From: Candidatus Nomurabacteria bacterium
GTDB taxonomy: Bacteria > Patescibacteriota > Saccharimonadia > Saccharimonadales > CAIOMD01
Direction: 5' to 3'
DNA length: 64,000 nt
NCBI GenBank assembly: GCA_020631975.1
Contig: JACKGO010000002.1
Coordinates: 71,218-135,217, forward strand
The translations under genes and the position numbers were made by a program. The notes under the pieces are model-generated. The model made no database searches, was not told where the DNA came from, and saw only the letters and a list, made by a program, of their open reading frames with translations. Shown piece by piece: positions 12,944-21,760 of the stretch. Position 1 is the first letter of the stretch; every line of letters starts with the position of its first letter.

Positions 12944-14437
12944 ATGATTGAATCACCTATTAGTATTGGCTACACTTCGGTTGCGGTACATGTAGAATGT
13001 AGCACTTCTAATGGGCTGCCATCTCTCACCATAGTAGGACTCGCAAGTAAAGCAGTAGATGAATCAAAAGAACGGATCAGAGCAGCAATTGTAGCAAGTG
13101 GATATGTATTCCCAAGAAAACGCATAATTGTTAATTTAGCACCCGCAGATATACAGAAGAATAGTTCTAGCCTCGATACAGCTATCGCGCTTGGTATACT
13201 GCATGCGGATAAACAAATAGCGCTTAAGAAACCTATCGTTGCCATCGGAGAACTTGGTTTAGATGGTTCTATACACGCAACACGAGGTATTATTGGTTTA
13301 CTTAAAAGCTATATCAGCGACAATACCAAAGACATATACTTCCCTACTCAAAATAGCATGCAAGTTCAGGCTCTTGGACTGCAATCTGCGTATGCTGTAC
13401 CTAATTTAAAGTCTATTGTAGAACATTTGAATGGCAATAGACCTTTAATAGCAGCTCAGCCTGGTTTGCTGTCTACGAACAAGATTTCTGCTCTCGTTGA
13501 ACCCATTGATTTTGCTGAAATTATTGGGCAACAAGCTGCAAAACGAGCACTCATTATCGCTGCAGCAGGCGGTCATAATATTCTGTTATCAGGGCCCCCT
13601 GGCACAGGAAAAAGTATGCTCGCCAAAGCATTCATAAGTATTTTGCCCGATCTTACCTTAGAACAATCACTAGAAACAACACATATCCATAGCTTGGCAG
13701 GAGCAGAAATAGAAATGCTACTGACTCATCCACCACTTAGGTCACCACATCATACTTCTAGTAATGTTGCGATTATTGGTGGTGGGCACACGCTACGCCC
13801 TGGTGAAATAAGTCTTGCGCACAATGGGGTTTTGTTTTTAGATGAGCTGCCCGAATTCCCTCGGTCTATTATAGAAGCTCTTCGTCAGCCACTAGAAGAT
13901 AATGTTGTAACAATCTCTCGGGCGCAATCTAGTACCACATACCCAAGTGATTTTATACTTATGGCAACCAGCAATCCATGTCCGTGTGGGTATTATGGGA
14001 GCACCAAAGCATGCACCTGCAACGCCCACGAAATAGCCAGATACCAAAAAAAGATTTCAGGACCAATATTAGATCGTATCGACATGCATTTTACTGTGTC
14101 TACTGTAGATCACGAAAATTTACTAAAGAAAACTAGCCTTAAAGAATCTCCTGACATAAAAGTGATTGTTAGCACAGCCAGAAAGATACAAAAACAACGC
14201 ACAGATGCCCCGAACGCACGGCTTTCTAATAAAGAACTTAAGCGTGTGATGAATATTAACAAAGATGCAGAATCATTTCTCAATAGTGCCGCTCAAAAAA
14301 TGGATATATCGGCACGTTCATACATGAAGACGGTAAAGTTAGCCCGTACGATTGCCGACCTAGAGAAATCAAATGAGATAACAACGGCACATATTACCGA
14401 AGCGCTGCAATATAGACCAAAACAAACGGTATTATAA
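12944..14437 (+). CDS. comM: YifB/ComM family Mg-chelatase-like ATPase
   Basis: It has a Lon-protease-like N-terminus, Walker A GPPGTGKS and a VLFLDELPEF Walker B. The family normally starts near MIESPISIGY. The ATG at 12944 is preceded by AGGGGG. The track ORF starts at TTG 12767, giving a 59-codon in-frame extension of doubtful reality. Confidence 0.85.
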   Translation: MIESPISIGYTSVAVHVECSTSNGLPSLTIVGLASKAVDESKERIRAAIVASGYVFPRKRIIVNLAPADIQKNSSSLDTAIALGILHADKQIALKKPIVAIGELGLDGSIHATRGIIGLLKSYISDNTKDIYFPTQNSMQVQALGLQSAYAVPNLKSIVEHLNGNRPLIAAQPGLLSTNKISALVEPIDFAEIIGQQAAKRALIIAAAGGHNILLSGPPGTGKSMLAKAFISILPDLTLEQSLETTHIHSLAGAEIEMLLTHPPLRSPHHTSSNVAIIGGGHTLRPGEISLAHNGVLFLDELPEFPRSIIEALRQPLEDNVVTISRAQSSTTYPSDFILMATSNPCPCGYYGSTKACTCNAHEIARYQKKISGPILDRIDMHFTVSTVDHENLLKKTSLKESPDIKVIVSTARKIQKQRTDAPNARLSNKELKRVMNINKDAESFLNSAAQKMDISARSYMKTVKLARTIADLEKSNEITTAHITEALQYRPKQTVL

Positions 14438-14447
14438 ATCTAAATTG

Positions 14448-14476
14448 TTGACCCCAGTGACGTAATCTGTTATAGT
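14448..14476 (+). promoter_or_regulatory. candidate promoter of the infC-rpmI-rplT operon
   Basis: TTGACC (14448-14453), a 17-nt spacer, then TATAGT (14471-14476). Confidence 0.55.
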
Positions 14477-14502
14477 CAGTATCTGAAAAAGGAGAAGATT
14501 AC

Positions 14503-15030
14503 ATTAACAAGCACACCCGTCTCAACGAGGCAATAAGAGCGACCGAATTACGAGTTATAGATGAAGATGGAAACCAATTAGGGGTACTGTCTAAACAAGA
14601 GGCTCTTCGGGCAGCTCAGGCAGCAGAACTAGATTTGGTAGAGATTTCCCCCGGTGCGACACCACCAGTTGCAAAAATAATAGATTGGGGTAAATACAAT
14701 TATCAAAAGACGAAACAGCTGCAAAAAAGTAGGAAGAACGCCAAAGCGGGCGATCTAAAACAAATGCGCTTTGGGCTTAAAATTAGCGATCACGATATTG
14801 CTGTTAAGCTTAAGAAAGTTGTTTCTTTTCTAGAAGATGGAGACAAAGTACGCATTAGTGTCATCTTTCGTGGTCGCGAGCTGGCTCACAAAGAAATTGG
14901 GTATGCGTTAATGGATAAAATTATTAACATTATTGGTGAAATTGCAGTTGTTGATCAACCACCTCAATTCGCTGGTAGACAAATTAGTGCAGTCATAAGG
15001 AGTAGTCATGCCAAAGTTAAAAAGCCATAG
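14503..15030 (+). CDS. infC: translation initiation factor IF-3 (non-canonical ATT start)
   Basis: The frame is open from 14476. ATT at 14503 follows AAAAAGGAGA (14487-14496). The deduced N-terminus INKHTRLNEAIRATELRVIDEDG matches the conserved IF-3 start. The track ORF (14635) lacks this domain. Confidence 0.85.
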   Translation: MNKHTRLNEAIRATELRVIDEDGNQLGVLSKQEALRAAQAAELDLVEISPGATPPVAKIIDWGKYNYQKTKQLQKSRKNAKAGDLKQMRFGLKISDHDIAVKLKKVVSFLEDGDKVRISVIFRGRELAHKEIGYALMDKIINIIGEIAVVDQPPQFAGRQISAVIRSSHAKVKKP

Positions 15031-15202
15031 TGGAACAAAGAGTCGGGTAAAAATTACCAAAACTGGTAAAGTGATGTCCCGGAAGAGCTTTGGGAACCAC
15101 TTCTTAGAGAAGAAATCAGCATCTCGGAAGCGAACCTACGCCGGTATGCGCGAAATGACAGGTAAAACTCGTACAAATATTAAGCGAAAATTAGGAGTCT
15201 AA
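15008..15202 (+). CDS. rpmI: 50S ribosomal protein L35
   Basis: 64 aa and basic, beginning MPKLKSHSGTKSRVKITKTGK. It overlaps the infC end, in the canonical operon position. Confidence 0.92.
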   Translation: MPKLKSHSGTKSRVKITKTGKVMSRKSFGNHFLEKKSASRKRTYAGMREMTGKTRTNIKRKLGV

Positions 15203-15204
15203 CA

Positions 15205-15549
15205 ATGAGAGTTAAACGAGGCGCAACCTCACATAAAAAGCATCTTAAGGTACGTGCCGCCACAAAAGGCATGACGCACTCGCGACGTCGTAGCTACCGC
15301 ATGGGCAAACAGGGTGTTATAAAAGCCATGCAGTATTCGTACCGTGATAGGCGTAACAAAAAACGTACGTTCCGTACGTTATGGAATGCGCGAATCAATG
15401 CAGCAGCAAGACTCAATAACACTACCTACAGCGCGTTTATTAGTTCTTTAAAAAAGACTAACATAACATTAGACAGAAAAATCTTATCAGAGCTTGCTGT
15501 AAACGAACCTACGGCATTTGCAGATATAGTGAAAAAAGCATCTAAGTAA
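15205..15549 (+). CDS. rplT: 50S ribosomal protein L20
   Basis: 114 aa, beginning MRVKRGATSHKKHLKV...RDRRNKKRTFRTLWNARINAAAR. Confidence 0.95.
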   Translation: MRVKRGATSHKKHLKVRAATKGMTHSRRRSYRMGKQGVIKAMQYSYRDRRNKKRTFRTLWNARINAAARLNNTTYSAFISSLKKTNITLDRKILSELAVNEPTAFADIVKKASK

Positions 15550-15578
15550 TTAACCATACTGAGGCCTAGCTTTCACCT

Positions 15579-15608
15579 AAAAAACCCATCACAAATGATG
15601 GGTTTTTG
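15579..15608 (+). terminator. intrinsic terminator after rplT
   Basis: AAAACCCATCA (15581-15591) pairs with TGATGGGTTTT (15596-15606), followed by a T-rich tail. Confidence 0.7.
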
Positions 15609-15610
15609 TG

Positions 15611-15974
15611 TAGCCAGATTGCCTATAAGCCGGGTTCTGTGATACGTCGATCATCTATCTAGGAATCGTATTGCTACGAATCTCAAGCGGGTTGACTTGG
15701 GTATAGCGGGCCACTAGCTTAAAAAGCACTACCCAATCCTTGCAGCCAACAGGGTTTACCCTCCTACTATGTCACCATAGTAAGCTGTGGGCTCTTACCC
15801 CACTCATTTCACCCTTACCTAGTATGCATTGCTGTCATAGTTAGGCGGTATCGTTTCTGTGGCACTTTCCCTAAGATTACTCTTGGTTGCCGTTAGCAAC
15901 TGTTGTGCCCTATACTGCCCGGACTTTCCTCCCGCATTTTTTTGAATGCAGGCGACCGACCGGCAATCTAGCTA
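15611..15974 (-). ncRNA. rnpB: RNase P RNA (bacterial type)
   Basis: The minus strand carries three conserved blocks. GAGGAAAGTCCGGGC is the rc of 15917-15931. AGGGTGAAATGAGTGGGGTAAGAGCCC is the rc of about 15789-15815. ACAGAACCCGGCTTAT is the rc of 15625-15640. A P1 helix can form between AGCTAGATTGCC (5') and GGCAATCTGGCT (3'). The ends are approximate. Confidence 0.9.
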
Positions 15975-15992
15975 CATCTATTATAGTACATC

Positions 15993-16793
15993 TTACTTAC
16001 TATTCGCGAACGCATCCAAGGCTTCGTTCACCATTGCATCAGCCTCTTTATTGTATTCACGTGGTATGTAAGTAAATGACACTCTATCGAAAGAATGTTC
16101 ACACAATTGCTTAATTGCTTGATGTATTGGCCACAACTCCCTGTTTTTAATTTTGTATATTCCGTTCATTTGATTTGCTACTAACTGACTATCTAAGAAT
16201 ACAGATACCGTACCATTGGTATATTGCGCACACGCCGCTAACCCAGCACGCACAGCTTGGTATTCTGCTTGATTATTCGTTGTGAGACCAATGTACTTAG
16301 AGCCCGATTCTAGTAGCTCATCATTAATATCTTTTACAACATACCCAAGAGCCGAAGGGCCAGGGTTACCACGAGAACCACCATCAGTATACAGCTTTAC
16401 CTCTGTTATTTTTGTTGCTTTTGTTACATCGTTTACACTATTATTTTGTGCTGCTATAAAGCTAAATTGGACTATCTTGATGGGTGTATCTTGTGTAACA
16501 AGGGGCCCATACTGTTCGCGAAAGTTATCTATGATATCTTGTTTGCTCCTAATTGTTGTGTCTATTTTATAATCTTTTTCTGTAATATCGCGTATGCATT
16601 TTTCCGTAACGCTCTGTATAGTACCGTTACCAATAGCATGCCATGTACCTTCATCGTCTGGATCTACTTTTTCAATAAATTGTATTTCATCGCCAACCGA
16701 AAGATGCTTTTCATCGAATATCTTCCAAACTATACGACGTGTACCGGCTAGCACTTGTTGTGCAAATGTATGATCGAGTTTAATTGTTTTCAT
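15993..16793 (-). CDS. ASCH-like domain fused to RNase HI-type ribonuclease H
   Basis: 266 aa. The C-terminal half has RNase H motifs (LYTDGGSRGNPGPSALGYV, NNQAEYQAV, DSQLVANQMNG, EYNKEADAMVNEAL). The N-terminal 120 aa resembles an ASCH/PUA-like fold (weaker call). Confidence 0.7.
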   Translation of the reverse strand: MKTIKLDHTFAQQVLAGTRRIVWKIFDEKHLSVGDEIQFIEKVDPDDEGTWHAIGNGTIQSVTEKCIRDITEKDYKIDTTIRSKQDIIDNFREQYGPLVTQDTPIKIVQFSFIAAQNNSVNDVTKATKITEVKLYTDGGSRGNPGPSALGYVVKDINDELLESGSKYIGLTTNNQAEYQAVRAGLAACAQYTNGTVSVFLDSQLVANQMNGIYKIKNRELWPIHQAIKQLCEHSFDRVSFTYIPREYNKEADAMVNEALDAFANSK

Positions 16794-16891
16794 TACGTAA
16801 GCATTATCTCACATAAACAGTATGGCTTAAAGGATTAGTAGTACGTAATAGTCACATCAAGTGATTATGACTCATCGTTCTTAAGATGTTT

Positions 16892-16973
16892 GGGGTGACA
16901 GGACTTGAACTTACGGCTACTGCCGTAAGGCTGCGTCGTTAATATGTAGGTCGCAGGTTCAAAGCCTGTCAGC
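16892..16973. repeat. tRNA-Pro-derived fragments: a direct 19-nt copy of the 3' end plus an inverted T-arm copy
   Basis: 16892-16910 is identical to 17000-17018 (tRNA-Pro T-arm and acceptor 3' strand). 16948-16973 (AGGTCGCAGGTTCAAAGCCTGTCAGC, plus sense) is an inverted copy of the tRNA variable/T-arm region, 23 of 26 identical. Between them lies the hairpin CTTACGGC-TACT-GCCGTAAG, which resembles a shortened anticodon arm. Confidence 0.65.
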
Positions 16974-16994
16974 TAATCAATACTAATTATTTTC

Positions 16995-17070
16995 TGGTCG
17001 GGGTGACAGGACTTGAACCTGCGACCTCACGGCCCCCAGCCGTACGCGCTACCAACTGCGCCACACCCCG
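16995..17070 (-). tRNA. tRNA-Pro (anticodon GGG), CCA encoded
   Basis: The rc reads CGGGGTG-...-TACGG-CTGGGGG-CCGTG-AGGTC-GCAGG-TTCAAGT-CCTGT-CACCCCG-A-CCA. This gives a clean cloverleaf of 76 nt. Confidence 0.9.
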
Positions 17071-17094
17071 ATAATCGATATTATTATAGCATTA

Positions 17095-17460
17095 ACTCTG
17101 GGCCGTGAGCCTCACGGTCACCTTTGGCGACCCCGTCGCAACATCATTCAAAACAAGTTTTGATTGAGTTGGCTCCCTTGCAACCCACCACCGGCGGGTT
17201 TCACCCCAGCCGTACGGTCACAACGGTCACAATCTTACTTGCAAGCTATGCATGCAAATTTGTTGCGACCCCACCTCAGCTTGGTCGCATTTGCGATCCA
17301 GGCTTCCGGTCTTGCGAATTGCCACAGGCAATTCTCACTACCAACTGCGCCACACCCCGATACGTACCAAAAACCCTGTCATCCGTTTGGATTCCTGCTG
17401 GAAAACCAAGTGGGTGTCCTCATTCTATACCCACGGGTATAGAGAATATTAGACTCCCCT
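17095..17460. other. GC-rich ORF-free block with tRNA-Pro fragments; probable structured RNA or element remnant
   Basis: Line 17161-17220 is 37/60 G+C, against about 40% in the background. All three plus frames are open (ORFs 17124-17462), which is a composition artefact. Many local hairpins are present, for example TGCGACC..GGTCGCA at 17264-17290 and CCGTGAG-C-CTCACGG near 17103-17117. The block contains the 25-nt and 13-nt tRNA-Pro copies. Confidence 0.5.
17338..17362 (-). repeat. exact 25-nt copy of the tRNA-Pro 5' end (acceptor and D-arm plus 2 upstream nt)
   Basis: 17338-17362 is identical to 17049-17073. A further 13-nt copy of the anticodon-arm 5' side (17204-17216) equals 17034-17046. 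Confidence 0.85.
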
Positions 17461-17539
17461 AAACATTATATTCAGAAATCAATGCTTGATGACAGGGCTA
17501 CTACTAGTATACGTCAGATATAGTATTCTCGCTACGTAT

Positions 17540-18178
17540 TTACAGTGTGATAAGTGTAGTATAAAGCCCCTCGTACATCGTTTGGAGAAATGGACCAAAA
17601 AACGGCATACCAACAAGAATCAGCGCCAGAATTATCAAGAATCCTACTTGCTCTAATTGATTCATAACTCGTTGCAATGGTTCTGGTGCAAATGCATACA
17701 AAACCCTAGAACCATCAAGCGGAGGTATCGGAAGCATATTAAATAAGAAGAACCCTATATTAATTTGTATAAAATAGCTCCACCATAGCTCCCAAAGACC
17801 TCCACTAATATGAGAAAACGAAAATATTACCCCGCCTATTACAGCCAAGCATAAGTTTACAAGTGGACCAGACACAGCAACGAGCGCCATACCAAATTCT
17901 TCTCCTTTTAGGCGATGCGCTTGCACAGGAACTGGTTTGGCGGCGCCAAAAATCGGTTGCTGCAAAATCGCCAACAGTAAAGGCAGTGCGAGGGTAAAAA
18001 ATGGATGAATATGAACCGCTGGGTTGAGCGTAAGTCGCCCTTCATCTTCTGCAGTACTATCGCCTAAATATTTTGCGACATAGCCATGAGTGACTTCGTG
18101 TAGTATAACTGATATTGCTATTGCAAGTATGGCGACAATGATAATTGTAAGCATATGTATTAGTATAACAAATCTCAC
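17540..18178 (-). CDS. site-2 protease (M50) family zinc metalloprotease
   Basis: 212 aa and polytopic, with the HEVTHG (HExxH) motif in the first TM region and a PIPPLDG motif. Confidence 0.8.
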   Translation of the reverse strand: MRFVILIHMLTIIIVAILAIAISVILHEVTHGYVAKYLGDSTAEDEGRLTLNPAVHIHPFFTLALPLLLAILQQPIFGAAKPVPVQAHRLKGEEFGMALVAVSGPLVNLCLAVIGGVIFSFSHISGGLWELWWSYFIQINIGFFLFNMLPIPPLDGSRVLYAFAPEPLQRVMNQLEQVGFLIILALILVGMPFFGPFLQTMYEGLYTTLITL

Positions 18179-18246
18179 CCCTTGACTTCTTGAGATAAAA
18201 TACGTACAATAAACAGTTGAAGTTTTGTTAATTAAAGGTAATAACT

Positions 18247-18435
18247 ATGCAAGTATGTGACATCACCGGCAAAGGTAAGCAATACGGAAATAATGTAAGT
18301 TTTTCGCTGAGACATACTAAAAAAGTATGGAAACCAAACTTGCAATCTAAAACGGTAGTTGTAGATGGCAAGAAGGTTAAGCTAAAAATTAGTACGCAAG
18401 CCATGCGTACACTCAAGAAAAAAGGACTGCTGTAA
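18247..18435 (+). CDS. rpmB: 50S ribosomal protein L28
   Basis: 62 aa, beginning MQVCDITGKGKQYGNNVSFSLRHTKKVWKPNLQ. Confidence 0.92.
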   Translation: MQVCDITGKGKQYGNNVSFSLRHTKKVWKPNLQSKTVVVDGKKVKLKISTQAMRTLKKKGLL

Positions 18436-18470
18436 ACCGCAGTCCTTTTTCTTTGTCTTACGAAATTACC

Positions 18471-19085
18471 TTATTGCTTGTTGAGAATAACAAGTTGTGT
18501 CTTTTCTGGAAACATGGCGTCTTTGAGCTTTAAGACGTCTAACGTCTCTGTATCAGATGCTCCGTACGTCTTCAAGAATTCTTCAAGAGGAGCCTGCGGC
18601 ATTTCATACGTAACACTACTGTCTTCGTAATGTGTGGGAATAACAATTTTTGGTTCTATTTCTTTAATCAGCTTTGTTGCCTCGACAGCATCTAGTGTAT
18701 AACCGTGCCCACCAACAGGGATAATGAGAACGTCTACAACTCCAAGTTTTTCTAACTTAGCCTCATCTAGCTGAGCCTCAGTATGTCCTATAATTGCCAC
18801 AGAAAATCCATCTATGTGTAACGAATAAATAACGCTCTGTTTATCAGGATCATGGTGTAAGGTAGAGGCAATACCTGTCACCGCCACTTCACTTACTTCA
18901 TATTCGCCAGGTGATTGAATCTCAAAAACAGCTCCTTCACCATAAGATAGTGCTTTATTTGTTTGAATGGCAATGTCTTTGGCAGTCGTTATATATGCAC
19001 CTTTGTCCTTGGTGTCATCTACTATAATTGAGGCTTTTTTCGTTGTTAGCTTTACGCAGTTCGCACCAAAATAACGTATTTCCAT
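18471..19085 (-). CDS. MBL-fold metal-dependent hydrolase (UPF0173-like)
   Basis: 204 aa. It has the family-typical N-terminus MEIRYFGANCVKLTT and His-bearing motifs (IIGHTE, PTHYED). The call is at family level only. Confidence 0.55.
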   Translation of the reverse strand: MEIRYFGANCVKLTTKKASIIVDDTKDKGAYITTAKDIAIQTNKALSYGEGAVFEIQSPGEYEVSEVAVTGIASTLHHDPDKQSVIYSLHIDGFSVAIIGHTEAQLDEAKLEKLGVVDVLIIPVGGHGYTLDAVEATKLIKEIEPKIVIPTHYEDSSVTYEMPQAPLEEFLKTYGASDTETLDVLKLKDAMFPEKTQLVILNKQ

Positions 19086-19102
19086 ATCACATGCTCCTTT
19101 TT

Positions 19103-19759
19103 TTATTGTAAATAATTATCTCTATCTAAATGTACGATTTTCTTCGCTACTAAGATATTTGCTAAAAATCTATCATTTACTTGTTTGCGATACATGTATT
19201 CTTCTGGTGTAAACACGCAGTATCTAAGTTCTTTTTTTTCTGACTTTTCTAGTTCGGTAATGGCGTGCTCTAAGTTAGGAATATTCATATCACCAATAAC
19301 TATAATATCTGCATCGGCGGTTTCATCACGCGTGAACTGACCCGTAAAAACGAGTAAGCGCACATTACCTGCACGAACAATATTTTGAATGGTAGCATCT
19401 GCAAACGTATCAATTTGTTCTACAATCGGTTCACTGGCAACTTCGCTTTTTGATTCGTCGGTCTCTGGTTGCTTCTTTTTACTACGCTTGGTTTTTGGCT
19501 TGCCTCCAAACATTTCTGACAAAGAGTCATAATGTTCAAATTTCTGGTTTACTTCATAATATAGTTTATTGTTCGCCGTATCTGAACTAATTATGCCAAT
19601 ACTAAGTAGATTGGCTAATTCTCTACGTACAGAGTTGATTTGTTCGTCAATCTTACGTGTTATTTCCCTCACATAAAAAGAACGGTTTGGGTTTTGGTAA
19701 AATAATCCCAGTAACTTCACACGTGTCTTTGAGCCAAACAATTGTTCTATCATAATCAT
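19103..19759 (-). CDS. winged-helix (ArsR-like) DNA-binding protein with a C-terminal nucleotidyltransferase-like domain
   Basis: 218 aa. The N-terminus LFGSKTRVKLLGLFYQNPNRSFYVREITRKI...VRRELANL is typical of wHTH regulators. Confidence 0.5.
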   Translation of the reverse strand: MIMIEQLFGSKTRVKLLGLFYQNPNRSFYVREITRKIDEQINSVRRELANLLSIGIISSDTANNKLYYEVNQKFEHYDSLSEMFGGKPKTKRSKKKQPETDESKSEVASEPIVEQIDTFADATIQNIVRAGNVRLLVFTGQFTRDETADADIIVIGDMNIPNLEHAITELEKSEKKELRYCVFTPEEYMYRKQVNDRFLANILVAKKIVHLDRDNYLQ

Positions 19760-19796
19760 ATTGTATCAATAGACGGTACAAAACAACAGACCCGAA

Positions 19797-20507
19797 CTAT
19801 CTAGGGCGACGTAAAGCGACATGCTTGGCGGCTTCTGCTATAGAATCATCTAGTGACGAGAGCTTGTGAACACCAATGTTCTGGACAGCTTTTTCTAATA
19901 AAGCATCAGCAAATTGTGGTGCTTTTGCCAAGAGCGGGCCATGTAAATAAGAACCGTATACATTGTTTTGTTGCGCACCTTCAGTCGTGTCTTCTCCGTT
20001 ATTGCCCTGTCCTATTTTTGTTACACCAAGTTGTTTGATACCTTCAGCTAAATACGTCTTGCCGCTATGATTTTCGTAGCCAACTAATGTGCCCCAATGA
20101 GATTTTGTGCTAATGTTGCCGATGATTCGCTTATTACCTGCATCAGTGTAGGCATCAAGTATGCCAAGCCCAGGTATAACGACACCCTCGGTAGTTTTAA
20201 AATAATGTCCAAACATCTGATACATGCCACATATCATTAGCATCACAACACCATCATCCCTCATGCGTAAAAGTGTTTTTTGTTTCTTCTTCATATCTGC
20301 AGCTATAGCAGATTGTCCAGCGTCTTGCCCGCCACCGCCAATAATAATATGACTATCTACTGGTAGCGTATCGCCTACATTAATGTGCATAACTTTGCTT
20401 GGAATGCCTCGCCACTGTAGCCTCTTGTGTAGTATGGCTACGTTGCCGTTATCGCCATATATGTTCATTTCTTTCGCATACAAATGAACAATATTGATTG
20501 TTTTCAT
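19797..20507 (-). CDS. gatD: lipid II isoglutaminyl synthase, glutaminase subunit GatD (CobQ-type amidotransferase)
   Basis: 236 aa with motifs ICGMYQMFG (nucleophile Cys), GYENHSGKTY and GSYLHGPLLAK. It overlaps murT by 4 nt. Confidence 0.85.
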   Translation of the reverse strand: MKTINIVHLYAKEMNIYGDNGNVAILHKRLQWRGIPSKVMHINVGDTLPVDSHIIIGGGGQDAGQSAIAADMKKKQKTLLRMRDDGVVMLMICGMYQMFGHYFKTTEGVVIPGLGILDAYTDAGNKRIIGNISTKSHWGTLVGYENHSGKTYLAEGIKQLGVTKIGQGNNGEDTTEGAQQNNVYGSYLHGPLLAKAPQFADALLEKAVQNIGVHKLSSLDDSIAEAAKHVALRRPR

Positions 20508-21757
20508 ACTTTTTCTACCTCTGTTATGGTTGAGAGTAAGCTCCGTAATTTTAGCATTGCTGTGTACGTCGCATATACATGCAGCGTACCTTCATCGGGA
20601 ACTTTGAGAATAGCTTGCTTTAACGCAGTATTAAGATTTTGCTCATAATCCTCTACTGGTATTTCGTCATACTGCAATCGTAGCGCCATATCAGCTGCAC
20701 GCATGCCAGCAGTACTTATACTCTTACCTTGTAGTGCTGAAAAATCTACATCCCACAACCATGATACGTCTCTACCGTCTGGATAATCATCATTGATGGC
20801 TACCATCGTATGATCATCCTTCACTGTTGTAGCCCCGATAAGTGCGTGTCTAAATCCACCAGGATTTTTTACAAGTTGCAAGATTATTCGTTTTTCACCA
20901 ATATATATACGTTCACCCCTACCGAATGCGGGTGTCACGTTCGTAATATTATGTACTATATCAGAAGGATGTAATCCAAGTGCCAAGCTGGTGGCAATAA
21001 CCGCACAAGCGTTTTGTGCGTTATATGTACCGTACAGCGACAATCTAATGTCATACTTAACCTCTTCGATTTTAACGACAATTTTGTCATCATTCACCCC
21101 TAATAGTTCTACTGTGGCGTTAGTGTTAGTGTTACTTATATCACCATGTAATTCGTCATCATTTCTATAAATTGCCCGTAAGTCATGGGACACACCAAAA
21201 AACATACTCTGAGACTTTGTTTGATTTCGCATTGCATAGACACGACTATCGTCTCGGTTTAAAATCACGACATCTGTAGTTTTACTTACTACGTTTTGTA
21301 AGAGCCGAGCTGTGTGATCTATCTCGCCAAAACGATCCATTTGATCGCGCATAACATTTAATATTACACTCATCCGTGGTGAAATATGTTCAACAAACTT
21401 TGATGCATACGCTTCGTCGAGCTCTATAATTGCTATGTCCTGCCGCAGCCTACCACCCCATGAAGCATCGGCAATAATCGCCGCCACGACGCCTCTCGTA
21501 AAATTGCTGCCTGTTGGGTTTGTGAGCACTTTTTTACCAGTGCCTTTTAGGACTGCAGATAACATTTTTGTTGTGGTAGTTTTACCATTGGTGCCACTAA
21601 TAACGACAACCCCTTCTGGTAACGTCTGCAACATTTTAGACAAAAAGTTAGGATATATTTTTTCTACTACGAGTCCAGGCAAGGCTGCACCTCTTTTATT
21701 GAGTAGCCTAAGACCAAGCAGAACACTCTTACCAATCCATAAACTAATTAATCGCAT
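20504..21757 (-). CDS. murT: lipid II isoglutaminyl synthase, Mur-ligase-type subunit MurT
   Basis: 417 aa with the Mur ligase P-loop GTNGKTTTT and a C-terminal DUF1727-like region (DGRDVSWLWDVDF). Confidence 0.85.
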   Translation of the reverse strand: MRLISLWIGKSVLLGLRLLNKRGAALPGLVVEKIYPNFLSKMLQTLPEGVVVISGTNGKTTTTKMLSAVLKGTGKKVLTNPTGSNFTRGVVAAIIADASWGGRLRQDIAIIELDEAYASKFVEHISPRMSVILNVMRDQMDRFGEIDHTARLLQNVVSKTTDVVILNRDDSRVYAMRNQTKSQSMFFGVSHDLRAIYRNDDELHGDISNTNTNATVELLGVNDDKIVVKIEEVKYDIRLSLYGTYNAQNACAVIATSLALGLHPSDIVHNITNVTPAFGRGERIYIGEKRIILQLVKNPGGFRHALIGATTVKDDHTMVAINDDYPDGRDVSWLWDVDFSALQGKSISTAGMRAADMALRLQYDEIPVEDYEQNLNTALKQAILKVPDEGTLHVYATYTAMLKLRSLLSTITEVEKV

Positions 21758-21760
21758 ACT

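Noticed and set aside
17095-17460. Identity of the GC-rich block as tmRNA, SRP RNA, group I or group II intron
   Set aside because: By eye I found no tmRNA acceptor/T-arm with an Ala-type GGGGCUG...CCACCA end or tag ORF ending in a hydrophobic tail. There is no SRP GGAA-AGCA helix-8 motif, and no group I P/Q/R/S blocks. The match to group II domain V is only the tRNA-derived CGTACGG. The class is left open pending covariance-model search.
17124-17462. Three overlapping plus-strand ORFs (112, 92 and 66 aa)
   Set aside because: All three frames being open at once reflects local high GC. Part of the sequence is tRNA-derived and no RBS is present. It is treated as structured non-coding DNA/RNA.
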